A stretch of 64,000 nt of DNA from NCBI GenBank assembly GCA_030017685.1, contig JASEHH010000003.1:25319-89318 (forward strand). Direction: 5' to 3'. The notes under the pieces are model-generated. The model saw nothing but the letters and a program-made list of their open reading frames with translations. It ran no database searches and was not told where the DNA came from. Numbering within the stretch: position 1 is the first letter of the stretch; the number at the start of each line of letters is the position of its first letter. Origin of the DNA: Thermodesulfobacteriota bacterium. GTDB lineage: Bacteria; Desulfobacterota; BSN033; UBA1163. Position numbers and translations under genes: made by a program. Positions 1-9,881 of the stretch are shown here, piece by piece.

Positions 1-1752
1 AACATAAAGGGGAGCAGAAAGGTCCTCATGTCCAGTTTGAAGGCATTGATCCCTGTTTTAAGGGGATCGGCGCCGGCCACCCCTGCTGCTGCATAGGCAG
101 CCACACAGACCGGAGGAGTTCCGTCCGCCAGAATTCCAAAGTAGAAGACGAAAAGGTGGATGGCAATGATGGGCACATCCGGATTCATCTCTTTCAGGGC
201 AGGAGCCATGATCGTCGCCATGATCACATAGTTGGCCGTAGTGGGAACACCCATGCCAAGGATCAGACAGGTTACCATCGTGAGAAGAAGTCCTATAAAG
301 AGGTTGCCTCCGGAAAGCCCTATGATGATGTTCGTCATATTTAATCCGGCCCCGGTCAGAGTTACCACCCCTACCACGATACCGGCACAGGCGCAGGTTA
401 CACCAATGCCTGCCATCATCCTTGCGGCCTTATGCATGGCGTCGGCCATATTGATCCCGAACAAAGCGATGGGCTTCCATGAATTCACCTTTTTTTCTTC
501 AGAATTCTTTCCGGAGTGGCTCCCCAATCCGAAGCTTCCCATCACTGACTGTATGAAAAAGATCAAAATGGTTGTGACAATCCCTGCAGAAGCCGAAGTA
601 AGGGGAGTTGCTCTTTTGATAATCAGAAAGTAAAAGAGCACTCCAATGGGCACTAAAAAGTGCAACCCTCTCACCAAGATTGGAAAGAACTTTGGAAGTT
701 CTTTTCGTGGAATCCCTTTTAAACCGAATTTGACAGAAAGGAGATGAACCGCACCCAGAAGGGCAAGCTGGTCGATCACCGCAGGAAGGATAGCTGCGGT
801 CACCACCTCGAGATAAGAAATTCCTAAAAACTCCGCCATGACGAAGGCGGCCGCCCCCATGACAGGAGGCATCAACTGCCCATTTCCGCTTGCCGCAGTT
901 TCTATGGCTCCGGCAATCTCCGGTTTAAACCCCATTCGCTTCATTAAAGGGATCGTTACAGATCCGGTGGTCACTACATTGGCAACCCCGCTTCCAGAGA
1001 TCGTTCCCATAAAGGCGCTCGATACTACGGCAACCTTTGCGGGTCCTCCCTGTGTATGGCCAACCAGAGAAAACGCCATTTTCATAAAGTAGTCCATCGC
1101 CCCGGTCTTTTCGAGGATGGCTCCGAATAGGACAAAGGCAAAGACAAAGGTGGACGAAACCCATAGGGGGACGCCAAAAATGCCTTCCATGGTAAGATAG
1201 AGATGATCCACCACTCTCCGGAACCCATATCCCCGGTGGGCAAGGAGATCGGGCAAATACGGTCCGACAAAGGCGTATGTGATGAAAATGGCCGATATGA
1301 GAGGAAGGGGCAACCCAATCGCCCTTCTTGCCGCTTCCAGGACAAAAAGGATGGTGATCACCCCCATCACGACATCTAACGGAGACGGATTACCGATCCT
1401 CCTGACCAGATCGGCATAAAAGAGGGTGACATAAATGGCGCCAAACCCTCCAATGGCTGCCAGGATAAGGTCATAAACCGGAATTTCTTTCGTTCTTGAC
1501 CTTTTGGTCATGGGAAAGAATAAGAAACAGAGAACCAGGGCAAAACAGAGATGGATCGAACGTTGAAGCGTTCCGGTCAATGTCCCGAAGATGGCTGTAT
1601 AGAGTTGAAAACAGGACATCGCAATGGCGATCGTCCCGGAGATATAGAATAGGACTCCTTTGAGTCGGCGCGCTCCATAATCTGCTCCTTCGGCGATCTC
1701 CTTTGATTTTTCTAATGAAACCTGGTCCGGTGCATTTTTATCGGCTTCCATG
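1..1752 (-). CDS. TAXI-type TRAP transporter fused permease (4TM/12TM), 5'-complete, runs off the window edge
   Basis: My own translation of the reverse strand from ATG at 1752 gives a continuous hydrophobic TRAP-permease-like protein (MEADKNAPDQVSLEKSKEIAEGADYGARRLKGVLFYISGTIAIAMSCFQLYTAIFGTLTGTLQRSIHLCFALVLCFLFFPMTKRSRTKEIPVYD...) with no stop down to position 1. It is absent from the ORF track because it is edge-truncated. It sits downstream of the TAXI receptor and DUF1850 genes. Confidence 0.7.
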
Positions 1753-2163
1753 TCTGAAAATAACCTCCCGAAACAACGGATAGGACTTCACCCCGATGGT
1801 CATCACCTCTCCCTCCCTGAAGGAAGAGAACTCCAATCTCTCACCTTTAAAAATCATGGCCTGCTGGGTCATAGGAGAAACAAAAAAAGAGAAATATTCC
1901 ATCTCCAGAGCATCCGTCTTTACTTTGATCTTCCCGCCTTCAACCATCACATCCTTTTCCGTTGAGGGAAGGCCAGCCCCATAGGATTCGAATCGGGTCT
2001 CGACAGGCTTAATCTTCTTGCCGGAGGTGATGAGGAAGTATCCGGTGACAGGTGTCCTATCGACGGAATGAATGTAGTGAAATTCAAACCCCTCGCCCGG
2101 AGAAACTTTTCTTAAAAAAACGATCAGGCCATCCCTCTTATTCCTCACCTCAAGGGTGTCCAC
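1738..2163 (-). CDS. DUF1850 domain protein (TAXI-TRAP operon-associated)
   Basis: 141-aa ORF between the TAXI receptor and the fused permease. DUF1850 proteins typically occupy this position in TAXI-TRAP operons. It overlaps the permease start by 15 nt. Confidence 0.55.
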   Translation of the reverse strand: MDTLEVRNKRDGLIVFLRKVSPGEGFEFHYIHSVDRTPVTGYFLITSGKKIKPVETRFESYGAGLPSTEKDVMVEGGKIKVKTDALEMEYFSFFVSPMTQQAMIFKGERLEFSSFREGEVMTIGVKSYPLFREVIFRHGSR

Positions 2164-2275
2164 GGGATAGAAGAGGATGGCCAGAAAAAAAACGAAGAGG
2201 AGGCATCCCCACTTCCACCTGAAAGTAAGACACCTCCCCTCTTGTCTTCTATTTTTTAGAAAGTATCCCCAATTA

Positions 2276-2350
2276 TCCCCCTCTCCTCTGGTGCCTGCCC
2301 GCCGAATAAGTTCTTTGGCAGACGGGGGAGAGGGCGGGGGTGAGGGGGAG
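2276..2350. repeat. GC-rich nested palindromic intergenic element (CCCTCTCC...GGAGAGGG family)
   Basis: ccccctctcctctggtgcctgcccgccgaataagttctttggcagacgggggagagggcgggggtgagggggag. The outer arms CCCTCTCC/GGAGAGGG and the inner segment aagttctttggcagRcggg recur at 21385. The tail gagggYKggggtgaggggga recurs at 44481. Confidence 0.45.
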
Positions 2351-2360
2351 CATAAATAGT

Positions 2361-3329
2361 TTATTTCTTCAACCCTTTCTCTTTATAGAATTTGTCTGCC
2401 CCCGGATGGAGGGGAATGGGCATTCCGATGAGGGCTTTTTCCAATTTTACCTCTTTGCCTTTGGCATGGGCGCTTTCAATACGACCGATGTTCTCCCACA
2501 TCGCCTTCGTAATACGATAGACCATATCCTCTTCCATCTCAGCTTTGGCAACCAATATGGCCAGAACAGCCACAGTGGGAACATCGCCTATCCCCTTATA
2601 TATACCGGCAGGGATTCTGTCCTTCGCGTAGAAGGGATATTTCTTGACCAGTGCATCTGCCTCAGCGCCGTCAATCGGAACGATCAGGGTCTCTATCATG
2701 AGGGCTGGATCAACGATCGCAGAAGCTCCAACTCCAACGGTATAAAAGGCGGCATCAATTCGCCCGTCTTTGAGATAATCCGCAGATTCCGCGGCTGATA
2801 ATCTCTCAACTTTGCTCAGGTCTTCAAACTTCAGCCCATATGCTTCCAGAATCTGGATGGCATTCTGTTCTGTCCCGCTTCCCAACGGACCCACAGCCAC
2901 CTTTTTCCCTTTGAGGTCTCTAACCGATGCGATCTTCGCGTCTTTTCTCGCGTGAATATGGCAAGCTTCGGGATAAAGAGCGGCAACTCCGCGGATATTG
3001 GGCACTGCTTTGTCAAACATCGGTTTCGTTCCATGAAGGGCATAAAATGCGATATCATTTTGAAGAATGGCCAGATCCGCATCGCCGGAAGCAATCAACT
3101 TGGCATTGGCAACCGAGGCGCCTGAGGATTCCACCGTAATCTTGATATCCGGGAGTTTCTCATGGGCAATTCTTGAAAGTGCCCCTGCAAGCGGAAAATA
3201 AACCCCTACCACCCAACCGGATGCGATTGAGACGAATTTCCTTGAACCATACGCCAGATCAGAACGCATGGCCGAAACGAAAACGACCAGACACAAAATC
3301 ACCACTCCGACAAAAAATTTTCTTTTCAT
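2361..3329 (-). CDS. TAXI family TRAP transporter solute-binding receptor
   Basis: The translation shows TAXI-receptor-like motifs with a signal peptide (MKRKFFVGVVILCLVVFVSA). An AGGAGG RBS lies 5 nt upstream of the ATG at 3329. The track ORF starts further upstream at 3425. Confidence 0.8.
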   Translation of the reverse strand: MKRKFFVGVVILCLVVFVSAMRSDLAYGSRKFVSIASGWVVGVYFPLAGALSRIAHEKLPDIKITVESSGASVANAKLIASGDADLAILQNDIAFYALHGTKPMFDKAVPNIRGVAALYPEACHIHARKDAKIASVRDLKGKKVAVGPLGSGTEQNAIQILEAYGLKFEDLSKVERLSAAESADYLKDGRIDAAFYTVGVGASAIVDPALMIETLIVPIDGAEADALVKKYPFYAKDRIPAGIYKGIGDVPTVAVLAILVAKAEMEEDMVYRITKAMWENIGRIESAHAKGKEVKLEKALIGMPIPLHPGADKFYKEKGLKK

Positions 3330-3544
3330 CACAACCCCTCCTTTTATTATTAGAAATAGATTACAAAAACAACGGGTTATTACCCCCTGGGTTTCCTTCT
3401 CACCCCCCTTCTTCAACGATATCATTATTTATATGAATTTGGCCCACTTGTCAAATATTTTTCAAAAAATAAAAGCGACGAGAATCATTCCCAATCTTAA
3501 AAAAATATGCTATTAAAAACCTAACTCAACCGGAGGCGTATCTC

Positions 3545-4879
3545 ATGAACTTCTTCGATCTCTATCGACAAAAAACATCCCTTTCAGAAAAGCTTTTCAA
3601 AAGAGCCAAAGAGGTGATGCCAGGGGGTATCTCTCATAATGTCCATTACTTTCCTCCCTACCCCTTCTTCCTGAAGGAGGCAAAAGGTTCAAAAATTCGG
3701 GATGTGGACGGAAACGAATATATCGATCTCTGGATGGGCCACTACACCCATATCCTCGGCCATCATTCTGAAATCATCGTCGAAGCCATTGAACAGCAAT
3801 TAAAAGAGGGAATTCACTGGGGCATCCTCTTTGAAAAACAGGTCGAGTGGGCCGAACTCATCCGTGAATTGATCCCCTGTGCGGAAACGGTCCGGTTCTG
3901 CTGCTCCGGAACCGAGGCAACCATGTATGCGGTTCGCCTCGCACGGGCATTTACAAGGAAGAATACGATTTTAAAGATAGCCGGAGGCTGGCATGGTGCC
4001 AACTCAGACCTCTCTGTGGGAATCAAATTGCCCTATGAAAAAGAGGAGAGCCTCGGCCTCCTGCCTGAACTCCAGCATTACACAAAGACCATCTTTTTTA
4101 ATGATCTCCCAGGGACACTTGAAATGATCCATCAAAACAGGAATGATCTGGCAGGAGTCATTCTTGAACCTATCGTGGGTGAGGGTGGATTCATCCCCGC
4201 CACCGAAGAATATCTGAAAATGCTTCGTTCCGAGACGGAAAAATTGAGAGCTCTTCTCATCTTTGACGAGGTGATTTCTGGATTTCGGGTCGGTCTCGGA
4301 GGAGCTCAGGGACTTTTTAATATCCTCCCAGACCTTACTACCCTTGGGAAGATTATTGGCGGAGGAATGCCAGTTGGGGCGCTCGTGGGAAGAAAGGAGA
4401 TCATGGAAAAGACCTCACCTGAAAAGAAGGCAGACAAATGGGAGAAGATTTTGATTGGTGGCGGGACTTTTTCTTCCCATCCACTAACCGTTGCCGCTGG
4501 AATAACCATCCTTCGTTATTTAAGAGATTTTGAGGAGGAGATCTATCCGGTTTTAGAGGTTAAGGGAGAACGGGTGCGTAAGGGTGTTCAGGAAGCCCTT
4601 CAGCGCGAAGGAGTGGAGACCGTTGTCACAGGGACCGGCTCCCTCTTTCAGACTCACTTCCCTTTCCAGAAAGGAGTAACTCTGAACTCTCCCCATTCGA
4701 TCAATCAATTTACCGATACAGAGAAAAGAGAAGTTGAGTTTCGTATCCGGATGCTGAATCACGGAGTCCATATGATGCACGGCGGCGGAAGCCTGTCGAT
4801 GGCCCATTCTGATGAAGACATTGAAAGGATCATCCAGGCGACAAGAGAGGTAGCAAGGGAAATGGTAAATATAGTTTAG
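3545..4879 (+). CDS. hemL: glutamate-1-semialdehyde 2,1-aminomutase family aminotransferase (HemL-like, class III)
   Basis: 444 aa. The HemL-like blocks CSGTEATMYAVRLARAFT, IFDEVISGFRVGLGGAQ and LGKIIGGGMPVGA (the PLP-lysine region) are present. The N-terminal motif is divergent (GGISHNVHYF instead of GGVNSPVRAF). It is adjacent to the hemY/hemH/hemE genes. Confidence 0.65.
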   Translation: MNFFDLYRQKTSLSEKLFKRAKEVMPGGISHNVHYFPPYPFFLKEAKGSKIRDVDGNEYIDLWMGHYTHILGHHSEIIVEAIEQQLKEGIHWGILFEKQVEWAELIRELIPCAETVRFCCSGTEATMYAVRLARAFTRKNTILKIAGGWHGANSDLSVGIKLPYEKEESLGLLPELQHYTKTIFFNDLPGTLEMIHQNRNDLAGVILEPIVGEGGFIPATEEYLKMLRSETEKLRALLIFDEVISGFRVGLGGAQGLFNILPDLTTLGKIIGGGMPVGALVGRKEIMEKTSPEKKADKWEKILIGGGTFSSHPLTVAAGITILRYLRDFEEEIYPVLEVKGERVRKGVQEALQREGVETVVTGTGSLFQTHFPFQKGVTLNSPHSINQFTDTEKREVEFRIRMLNHGVHMMHGGGSLSMAHSDEDIERIIQATREVAREMVNIV

Positions 4880-5117
4880 AGAAGGTAAGGAATGGTTTAA
4901 AACCGTTCCCTTCAGGGGGATAGCCCTTCCTGCCCACCGACGGACAGGCACAAACGATGAAAATTGATTTATGTTACCTGGAAAAGGCATTCGAGTAAGG
5001 GTTACGAATCCAGTTTGGTAAGAGGGTTAAAAGATTACCACTAAAAATGCGATCGCAATTATAGTGGTAATCCTGACCTTCTAATCATTGTATTTTAATC
5101 CATCAAGGAGGTGTCTT

Positions 5118-5840
5118 ATGGGACGAAAGGGAGTAAAATTATTGGCTGAGGTATTATGTTTCACATTCGTTTTCGGAGGCTTAGCTATGGCAAAGGAGAC
5201 AGCAAAGATCGGCGTCATTGTGGTCGATGTCCAGGGTGACTTCACAAAATTTAAAAATGGTTCTCTAGCCGTGGAAGGGACGGATGAGGCCTATATCAAG
5301 GCTGTGGAGGAGAACACGAAGAAACTCAAGGTCGCAGGCTTCCCGATCTATGCCACTCAAGACTGGCACCCTAAAAACCATGCCTCTTTCTTCACCAATC
5401 ACCCCGGGAAAAAAGCCTTTGATGTGATCAAACTCCATGGAAAGGACCAGGTCCTCTGGCCTCCCCATTGCGTTCAGAAGACTCCCGGTGCGGAAATCTT
5501 ATTGGACAAGAAATTATTTAAGGCCGTTGTGAAGAAGGGAATGGATTCGCAATATGACAGCTATTCAGGCTTTCAGGACGATGGCGGAAAGAAAACAGAG
5601 ATGGATAAAATTTTAAAGAAGGAAAAAATTAAAAAGGTTGTAGTCTATGGCATTGCCACCGATTATTGTGTCAGGGCAACCGCCCTTGACGCAGTTGCCG
5701 CGGGATACAAGGTGTTCATGATCAAAAATCTGAGCAGAGGCGTTGCACCGGACACCTCTCAAAAAGCCATCGACGAGATGAAAGCCAAAGGAATCGTTGT
5801 GCTCGATGATCTGGACTTGGAAAAAGTCAAAGCCAACTAA
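5118..5840 (+). CDS. isochorismatase-family hydrolase (nicotinamidase/pyrazinamidase-like) with N-terminal signal peptide
   Basis: Translation contains VVDVQGDFT, QDWHP, the catalytic-Cys region YGIATDYCVRATALDA, and an N-terminal hydrophobic leader. An AAGGAGG RBS lies 7 nt before the ATG at 5118. The track start at 5088 lacks an RBS. Confidence 0.6.
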   Translation: MGRKGVKLLAEVLCFTFVFGGLAMAKETAKIGVIVVDVQGDFTKFKNGSLAVEGTDEAYIKAVEENTKKLKVAGFPIYATQDWHPKNHASFFTNHPGKKAFDVIKLHGKDQVLWPPHCVQKTPGAEILLDKKLFKAVVKKGMDSQYDSYSGFQDDGGKKTEMDKILKKEKIKKVVVYGIATDYCVRATALDAVAAGYKVFMIKNLSRGVAPDTSQKAIDEMKAKGIVVLDDLDLEKVKAN

Positions 5841-5965
5841 TACAAACGCATTTATTTCTTTGACATGAGGCCCCCTCTCCCTCTCCCCACTGGGGATAGG
5901 GAGAGGGGTGATTTCGTCGAATGTAACAATATTTCATGCGTTCTTATTAGTCGGTGGAGACGAGA

Positions 5966-7468
5966 TTAGTAGTACCGTTTCTCTTCGATGTGGTCCTCGG
6001 CGAGGTCGATCCCCCATTCGGTGAGGATCTTTGAAACGGCCCGCTCACCACTTTCAATGCAATTCGGGACGCCAACCCCTCTGTAGCAGCCGCCGGCGAG
6101 GGCGAGGCCTGGGATCTGAGCGCTACGGTTCTCAATCATCGTGACCCGCTCAAGGTGCCCGAGCGAATACTGCGGCATTCCGAGGTACCACCGAAAGACG
6201 CGCGTAAATAAAGGCTTCGCAAACGGGTTGAGGCTCAGGATGTCACGGAACTCAGCGATTACTATCTGTACGAGCTCCTCGTCCGGGCGTTTCAAAATCT
6301 CCTGGTTGTGCGGACCGCCGACGAAACCACGAAGCAGCACCTTGCCTGCCGGTGCCCGGCCCGGCCACTTAATGGAAGAGTAAGTGGCCGCCATGAGCGC
6401 ATGGCCCTCTACGAGGGGACACAGAACCCCGAACGCATTCAGATCGAAGCCGACCTCGTTCTCGTTGAAGGCGATCGAGATCGTCGCCGAGGAAGAGGTC
6501 GGTATGTTGGCAAGTGCATCTGCGATGGCCTGGTCGTGTGGACGGATGAGGGGCTCGGCCGCCCATGACTCGGTGGCAATGATGACAGCGTCCCCATCGA
6601 TGGTGGAGCCGTCAGAGAGTTGAGCATTCCATCGACTATTGTCAGCACATTGGAGCGATGTGACGGCCACGCCCGTGCGCATTCTCTCACGACCTGCCGC
6701 ATCGGCCATACGATCCGTCAGTTGTTGCATACCATTGACAAACGAGGTGAAAAATGTGCGAGGTTTCTCGCCCGGTTTGGGAGGGTACTTTCGCCGCATC
6801 TCTTCAACCATGCGACGGGCCGCGATAAAGCCTTTCATGAGCGACCCATATTTCTGCTCCATTTCAAGGAGGCGGGGGAAAGTCGCGGCCAGTGACATCT
6901 GCGAGGGATCGGAGGCGTGAACGCCGCCGACGAGTGGTTCCGCCAGACGATCGAGGCACTCGCGGCCCATGCGGCGAACCACGAAGCTCTCGAGCGTCTC
7001 ATCGTTTAACTCACCAGGGACAACTTTCTTCGGCGGGATCAGAAGGTCCATGGCCATCCGTATTTTCCCCGGCCATGAGAAGAGGCCAGTCGTGGCGAAC
7101 GGTATGAACTTCGTGGGTGCAAACATCATGACGCCATCTGGCATCTGATGAAGTTTGCCACGTGACAGGATCCATGTCTTCTTCCGGGAGTCGTCAGTCG
7201 GTAACTCGTCGTCGAAAATCCCTGTGAGCTTAGCAATGCGGTGACAGGCCGGCTTTTCAGTCAGAAAACAGTCCGGACCACCGTCTACGATAAACCTACC
7301 CTTCTCCGAAGGATCGGGCACGATCTCCGTCTGGATCTTGCCGCCGAGGCGACGGTCCTTCTCGATCAGAACGAACTCGATTCCGTGGCCCTCGGATGCG
7401 GCCCTGGTCACTTTGTAGGCCGCGCCAAGCCCGGCAATGCCGCCGCCAACAATGATGATGCGTTTCAT
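5966..7468 (-). CDS. hemY: protoporphyrinogen/coproporphyrinogen III oxidase, HemY family (FAD-dependent)
   Basis: 500 aa with an N-terminal FAD-binding Rossmann motif (MKRIIIVGGGIAGLGAAYK) and HemY-family length. It lies immediately downstream of hemH and hemE on the same strand. The gene has markedly higher GC than its flanks. Confidence 0.75.
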   Translation of the reverse strand: MKRIIIVGGGIAGLGAAYKVTRAASEGHGIEFVLIEKDRRLGGKIQTEIVPDPSEKGRFIVDGGPDCFLTEKPACHRIAKLTGIFDDELPTDDSRKKTWILSRGKLHQMPDGVMMFAPTKFIPFATTGLFSWPGKIRMAMDLLIPPKKVVPGELNDETLESFVVRRMGRECLDRLAEPLVGGVHASDPSQMSLAATFPRLLEMEQKYGSLMKGFIAARRMVEEMRRKYPPKPGEKPRTFFTSFVNGMQQLTDRMADAAGRERMRTGVAVTSLQCADNSRWNAQLSDGSTIDGDAVIIATESWAAEPLIRPHDQAIADALANIPTSSSATISIAFNENEVGFDLNAFGVLCPLVEGHALMAATYSSIKWPGRAPAGKVLLRGFVGGPHNQEILKRPDEELVQIVIAEFRDILSLNPFAKPLFTRVFRWYLGMPQYSLGHLERVTMIENRSAQIPGLALAGGCYRGVGVPNCIESGERAVSKILTEWGIDLAEDHIEEKRYY

Positions 7469-7607
7469 GTAATCTCCAAAACTAAGGATTCTAGGGTTCG
7501 TGGGTTCAAAGTTTCAAGTGTAACATTAAAACTCAACAAAATTCTTTTTTCCTTCATCAAACTACTTGCCCTTTAGACCATAGAACGCTTTCCTAAAAAG
7601 AACTTCC

Positions 7608-8546
7608 CTAGGCCCCTTGAACCCTTGTATCCTTAGACCCTTTTATATGATCTTCAACGATACTCGCAAGCGCTTCTATAAATCTTTCAGAAAAGTTGAG
7701 CGATGGTGTCCGCTTCAATATCATCCCCAACGATTCAGCCTTTTCCTTATAAAGGATATCGATATCGTAGAGGACCTCAATATGATCCGATACAAAACCA
7801 ATGGGTACGATGAGAACCTCTCGAACCCCTATCTTGTTAATCTCCACCAGAATGCTTTCAACATCCGGAGCGATCCACTTCCCCGGGCCGCCCCCTTTGC
7901 TCTGAAAGGCCATATGCCAGGAAAGCGGCTCGATCCTTTTCACAACCTCATCTACACTCTCCTTCATATCGTGAACATAGGGATCGTTCCCAATGACTGA
8001 CTCCGGAAGGCTATGGGCAGTAAAAATAAGGTGGACCCTCCTACTTTCTTCCGGAGTAAATTGTTTCAGCCCCTCTACCACCCTCTCTGCCACCGCTTGT
8101 AAAAAGAGCGGATGGGAATGCCATCCCTCGATAAAAGTGATTTTTAATTTTTCTCCTGAGATTTTATTGGCTCGATTCAACTCCTCCTTATAAGCGCCTG
8201 TGCTGAATCGAGACCGGAAAGGGGCCATTGGAATAGCAACAACCTCTTTGACTCCATCTTGAAGGATCTCCTTCAATGTCTCTTCAACCAACGGCTGACT
8301 GTATCGCATCCCCACATAGGATTTGAACAAATAACCCCTGGAATTCAGTTTCTCTTCCAGGGCCCTGGCCTGCCTCTCCGTGATGGTGGGAAGAGGCGAA
8401 CAACCTCCAATTAAACGATAGCGTTCCTTAACCCTTTCAAGCAGTTCAGGGGAGGGTTTCCGCCCGAAGAGACAGGTCAGCAGAAATTCAACCTCCTCCA
8501 GTGAACGGGGCCCACCAAAAGCTAAGAGAAAAAGGGCTTTCATCAT
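7608..8546 (-). CDS. hemH: ferrochelatase (HemH family)
   Basis: 312 aa with a ferrochelatase-like N-terminus (ALFLLAFGGPRSLEEVEFL...RYRLIGGCSPL). It sits between hemE and hemY. Confidence 0.8.
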   Translation of the reverse strand: MMKALFLLAFGGPRSLEEVEFLLTCLFGRKPSPELLERVKERYRLIGGCSPLPTITERQARALEEKLNSRGYLFKSYVGMRYSQPLVEETLKEILQDGVKEVVAIPMAPFRSRFSTGAYKEELNRANKISGEKLKITFIEGWHSHPLFLQAVAERVVEGLKQFTPEESRRVHLIFTAHSLPESVIGNDPYVHDMKESVDEVVKRIEPLSWHMAFQSKGGGPGKWIAPDVESILVEINKIGVREVLIVPIGFVSDHIEVLYDIDILYKEKAESLGMILKRTPSLNFSERFIEALASIVEDHIKGSKDTRVQGA

Positions 8547-8687
8547 TATATTGAGAAAATAAAAGTATTGGGTTTGGGCTAAGGTTAGGGTAAGGATGCC
8601 AGTTTAGTCTATGGGTAAAGGCAAGGGTTTAAATCATCAGCCCTAACCCATTAACCTTACACCAGACGGGCTTCGTAACCTTAACCT

Positions 8688-9746
8688 TTACCTTTTCCCC
8701 TGTTTGACCTGTGAACTATACTCATGGACCATATCGACTAAGGCAGACACATGTTCAACAGGAGTATTGGGTAAAATGCCATGGCCCAGGTTGAAGATAT
8801 GGCCGGGCCGGCCTCCTGCTTGATCGAGGATGCGCTTAACTTCTTTCTTAATTAAATCGACAGGGCCAAATAGAACCACCGGGTCGAGATTCCCCTGGAT
8901 ACCAACATCATACCCGATGCGCGCCCAGGCCTCGCCCAGATCAACTCTCCAATCCACCCCGATGACATCCCCCCCCGCTTTTTTCATCAATGGTAATAAG
9001 GCCGAAGTAGACGTCCCAAAATGAATCACCGGCACGCTTCTGTCCAGATTGCCAAGGACTTTTTGGGTATAAGGAAAGACATACTCCTCATAATCCGTCG
9101 GGTTTAGACAACCCACCCAGGAGTCAAAAATCTGGAGAGCCTGCACGCCTGCCCGGACCTGGGCGTTGAGATATCGAATCAGCACTTCTGAAACCTTCTC
9201 CATCAGGAGATTCCATGCCGGGCGATTCTGATACATCAACCCTTTTGTGAGGATATAATTCCTGGAATGACCTCCCTCGATCATATAACTCGCAAGGGTG
9301 AAAGGGGCTCCTGAAAACCCGATGAGAGGAATTTTCCCTTCCAGCTCTCTCCGGACAATGCGAATTGACTCCATGAGAAAAGGAATCTCCTCTTCCGGTT
9401 CGATGATCTTCAACCGCTCCACATCCTTCAACTCCCGAACGGGACGATGAAAAACAGGGCCTTCTCCTTTCGCAAATTCAAATTTCACTCCCATCGGTTC
9501 CAGAGGAATAAGGATATCCGAAAAGATGATGGCTGCATCGAGTTTAAACTTGTCAATAGGTTGAAGCGTAACCTGCGCTGCCACTTCAGGATTCTTACAC
9601 ATCTCCAGAAATGAAAATCTCTTTCGGAGGGCCCGGTACTCCTTCATATACCGGCCTGCCTGGCGCATCAACCAGATGGGAGTATAGGGAGTGGGCTTTC
9701 TTCGACAAGCTCTAAGAAAAGGGAACTTCTCTATTGTCTTCCCCAT
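8688..9746 (-). CDS. hemE: uroporphyrinogen decarboxylase
   Basis: 352 aa carrying the HemE signature PIWLMRQAGRYMKEYR near the N-terminus. Confidence 0.9.
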   Translation of the reverse strand: MGKTIEKFPFLRACRRKPTPYTPIWLMRQAGRYMKEYRALRKRFSFLEMCKNPEVAAQVTLQPIDKFKLDAAIIFSDILIPLEPMGVKFEFAKGEGPVFHRPVRELKDVERLKIIEPEEEIPFLMESIRIVRRELEGKIPLIGFSGAPFTLASYMIEGGHSRNYILTKGLMYQNRPAWNLLMEKVSEVLIRYLNAQVRAGVQALQIFDSWVGCLNPTDYEEYVFPYTQKVLGNLDRSVPVIHFGTSTSALLPLMKKAGGDVIGVDWRVDLGEAWARIGYDVGIQGNLDPVVLFGPVDLIKKEVKRILDQAGGRPGHIFNLGHGILPNTPVEHVSALVDMVHEYSSQVKQGKR

Positions 9747-9767
9747 TTTATGTTTCCTACCTTAAAA

Positions 9768-9881
9768 TGAAATGCCAAAATTCAAAGTTCAAATGTCAAA
9801 CCAAATCTAAGGCTCAAATACCAAAAGTCTTTTATTTCGGATTTTGACATTTATTTGGCATTTGAACTTTGACATTTGACA
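9768..9881. repeat. long imperfect palindrome (about 115 bp) in the hemE-pepA spacer
   Basis: aaatgccaaaattcaaagttcaaatgtcaaa ... tttgacatttatttggcatttgaactttgacatttgacatt. The arms are reverse complements of each other (aaatgccaaa/tttggcattt; caaagttcaaatgtcaaa/tttgacatttgaactttg). Confidence 0.45.

Noticed and set aside
1981-1995. tRNA T-arm-like motif GGATTCGAATCGG
   Set aside because: It lies inside the DUF1850 coding sequence. No acceptor, anticodon or D-arm could be assembled around it. The motif is a simple palindrome.
4553-4990. 145-aa minus-strand ORF
   Set aside because: It overlaps the 3' end of the HemL-like gene antisense and has no RBS. The terminator-like hairpin at 4889-4909 belongs to the plus-strand gene.
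6141-7107. Stack of seven overlapping 60-130-aa ORFs on both strands
   Set aside because: All lie inside or antisense to the hemY gene. They are by-products of its high GC (few stop codons). Their translations are Arg/Pro/Gly-rich nonsense.
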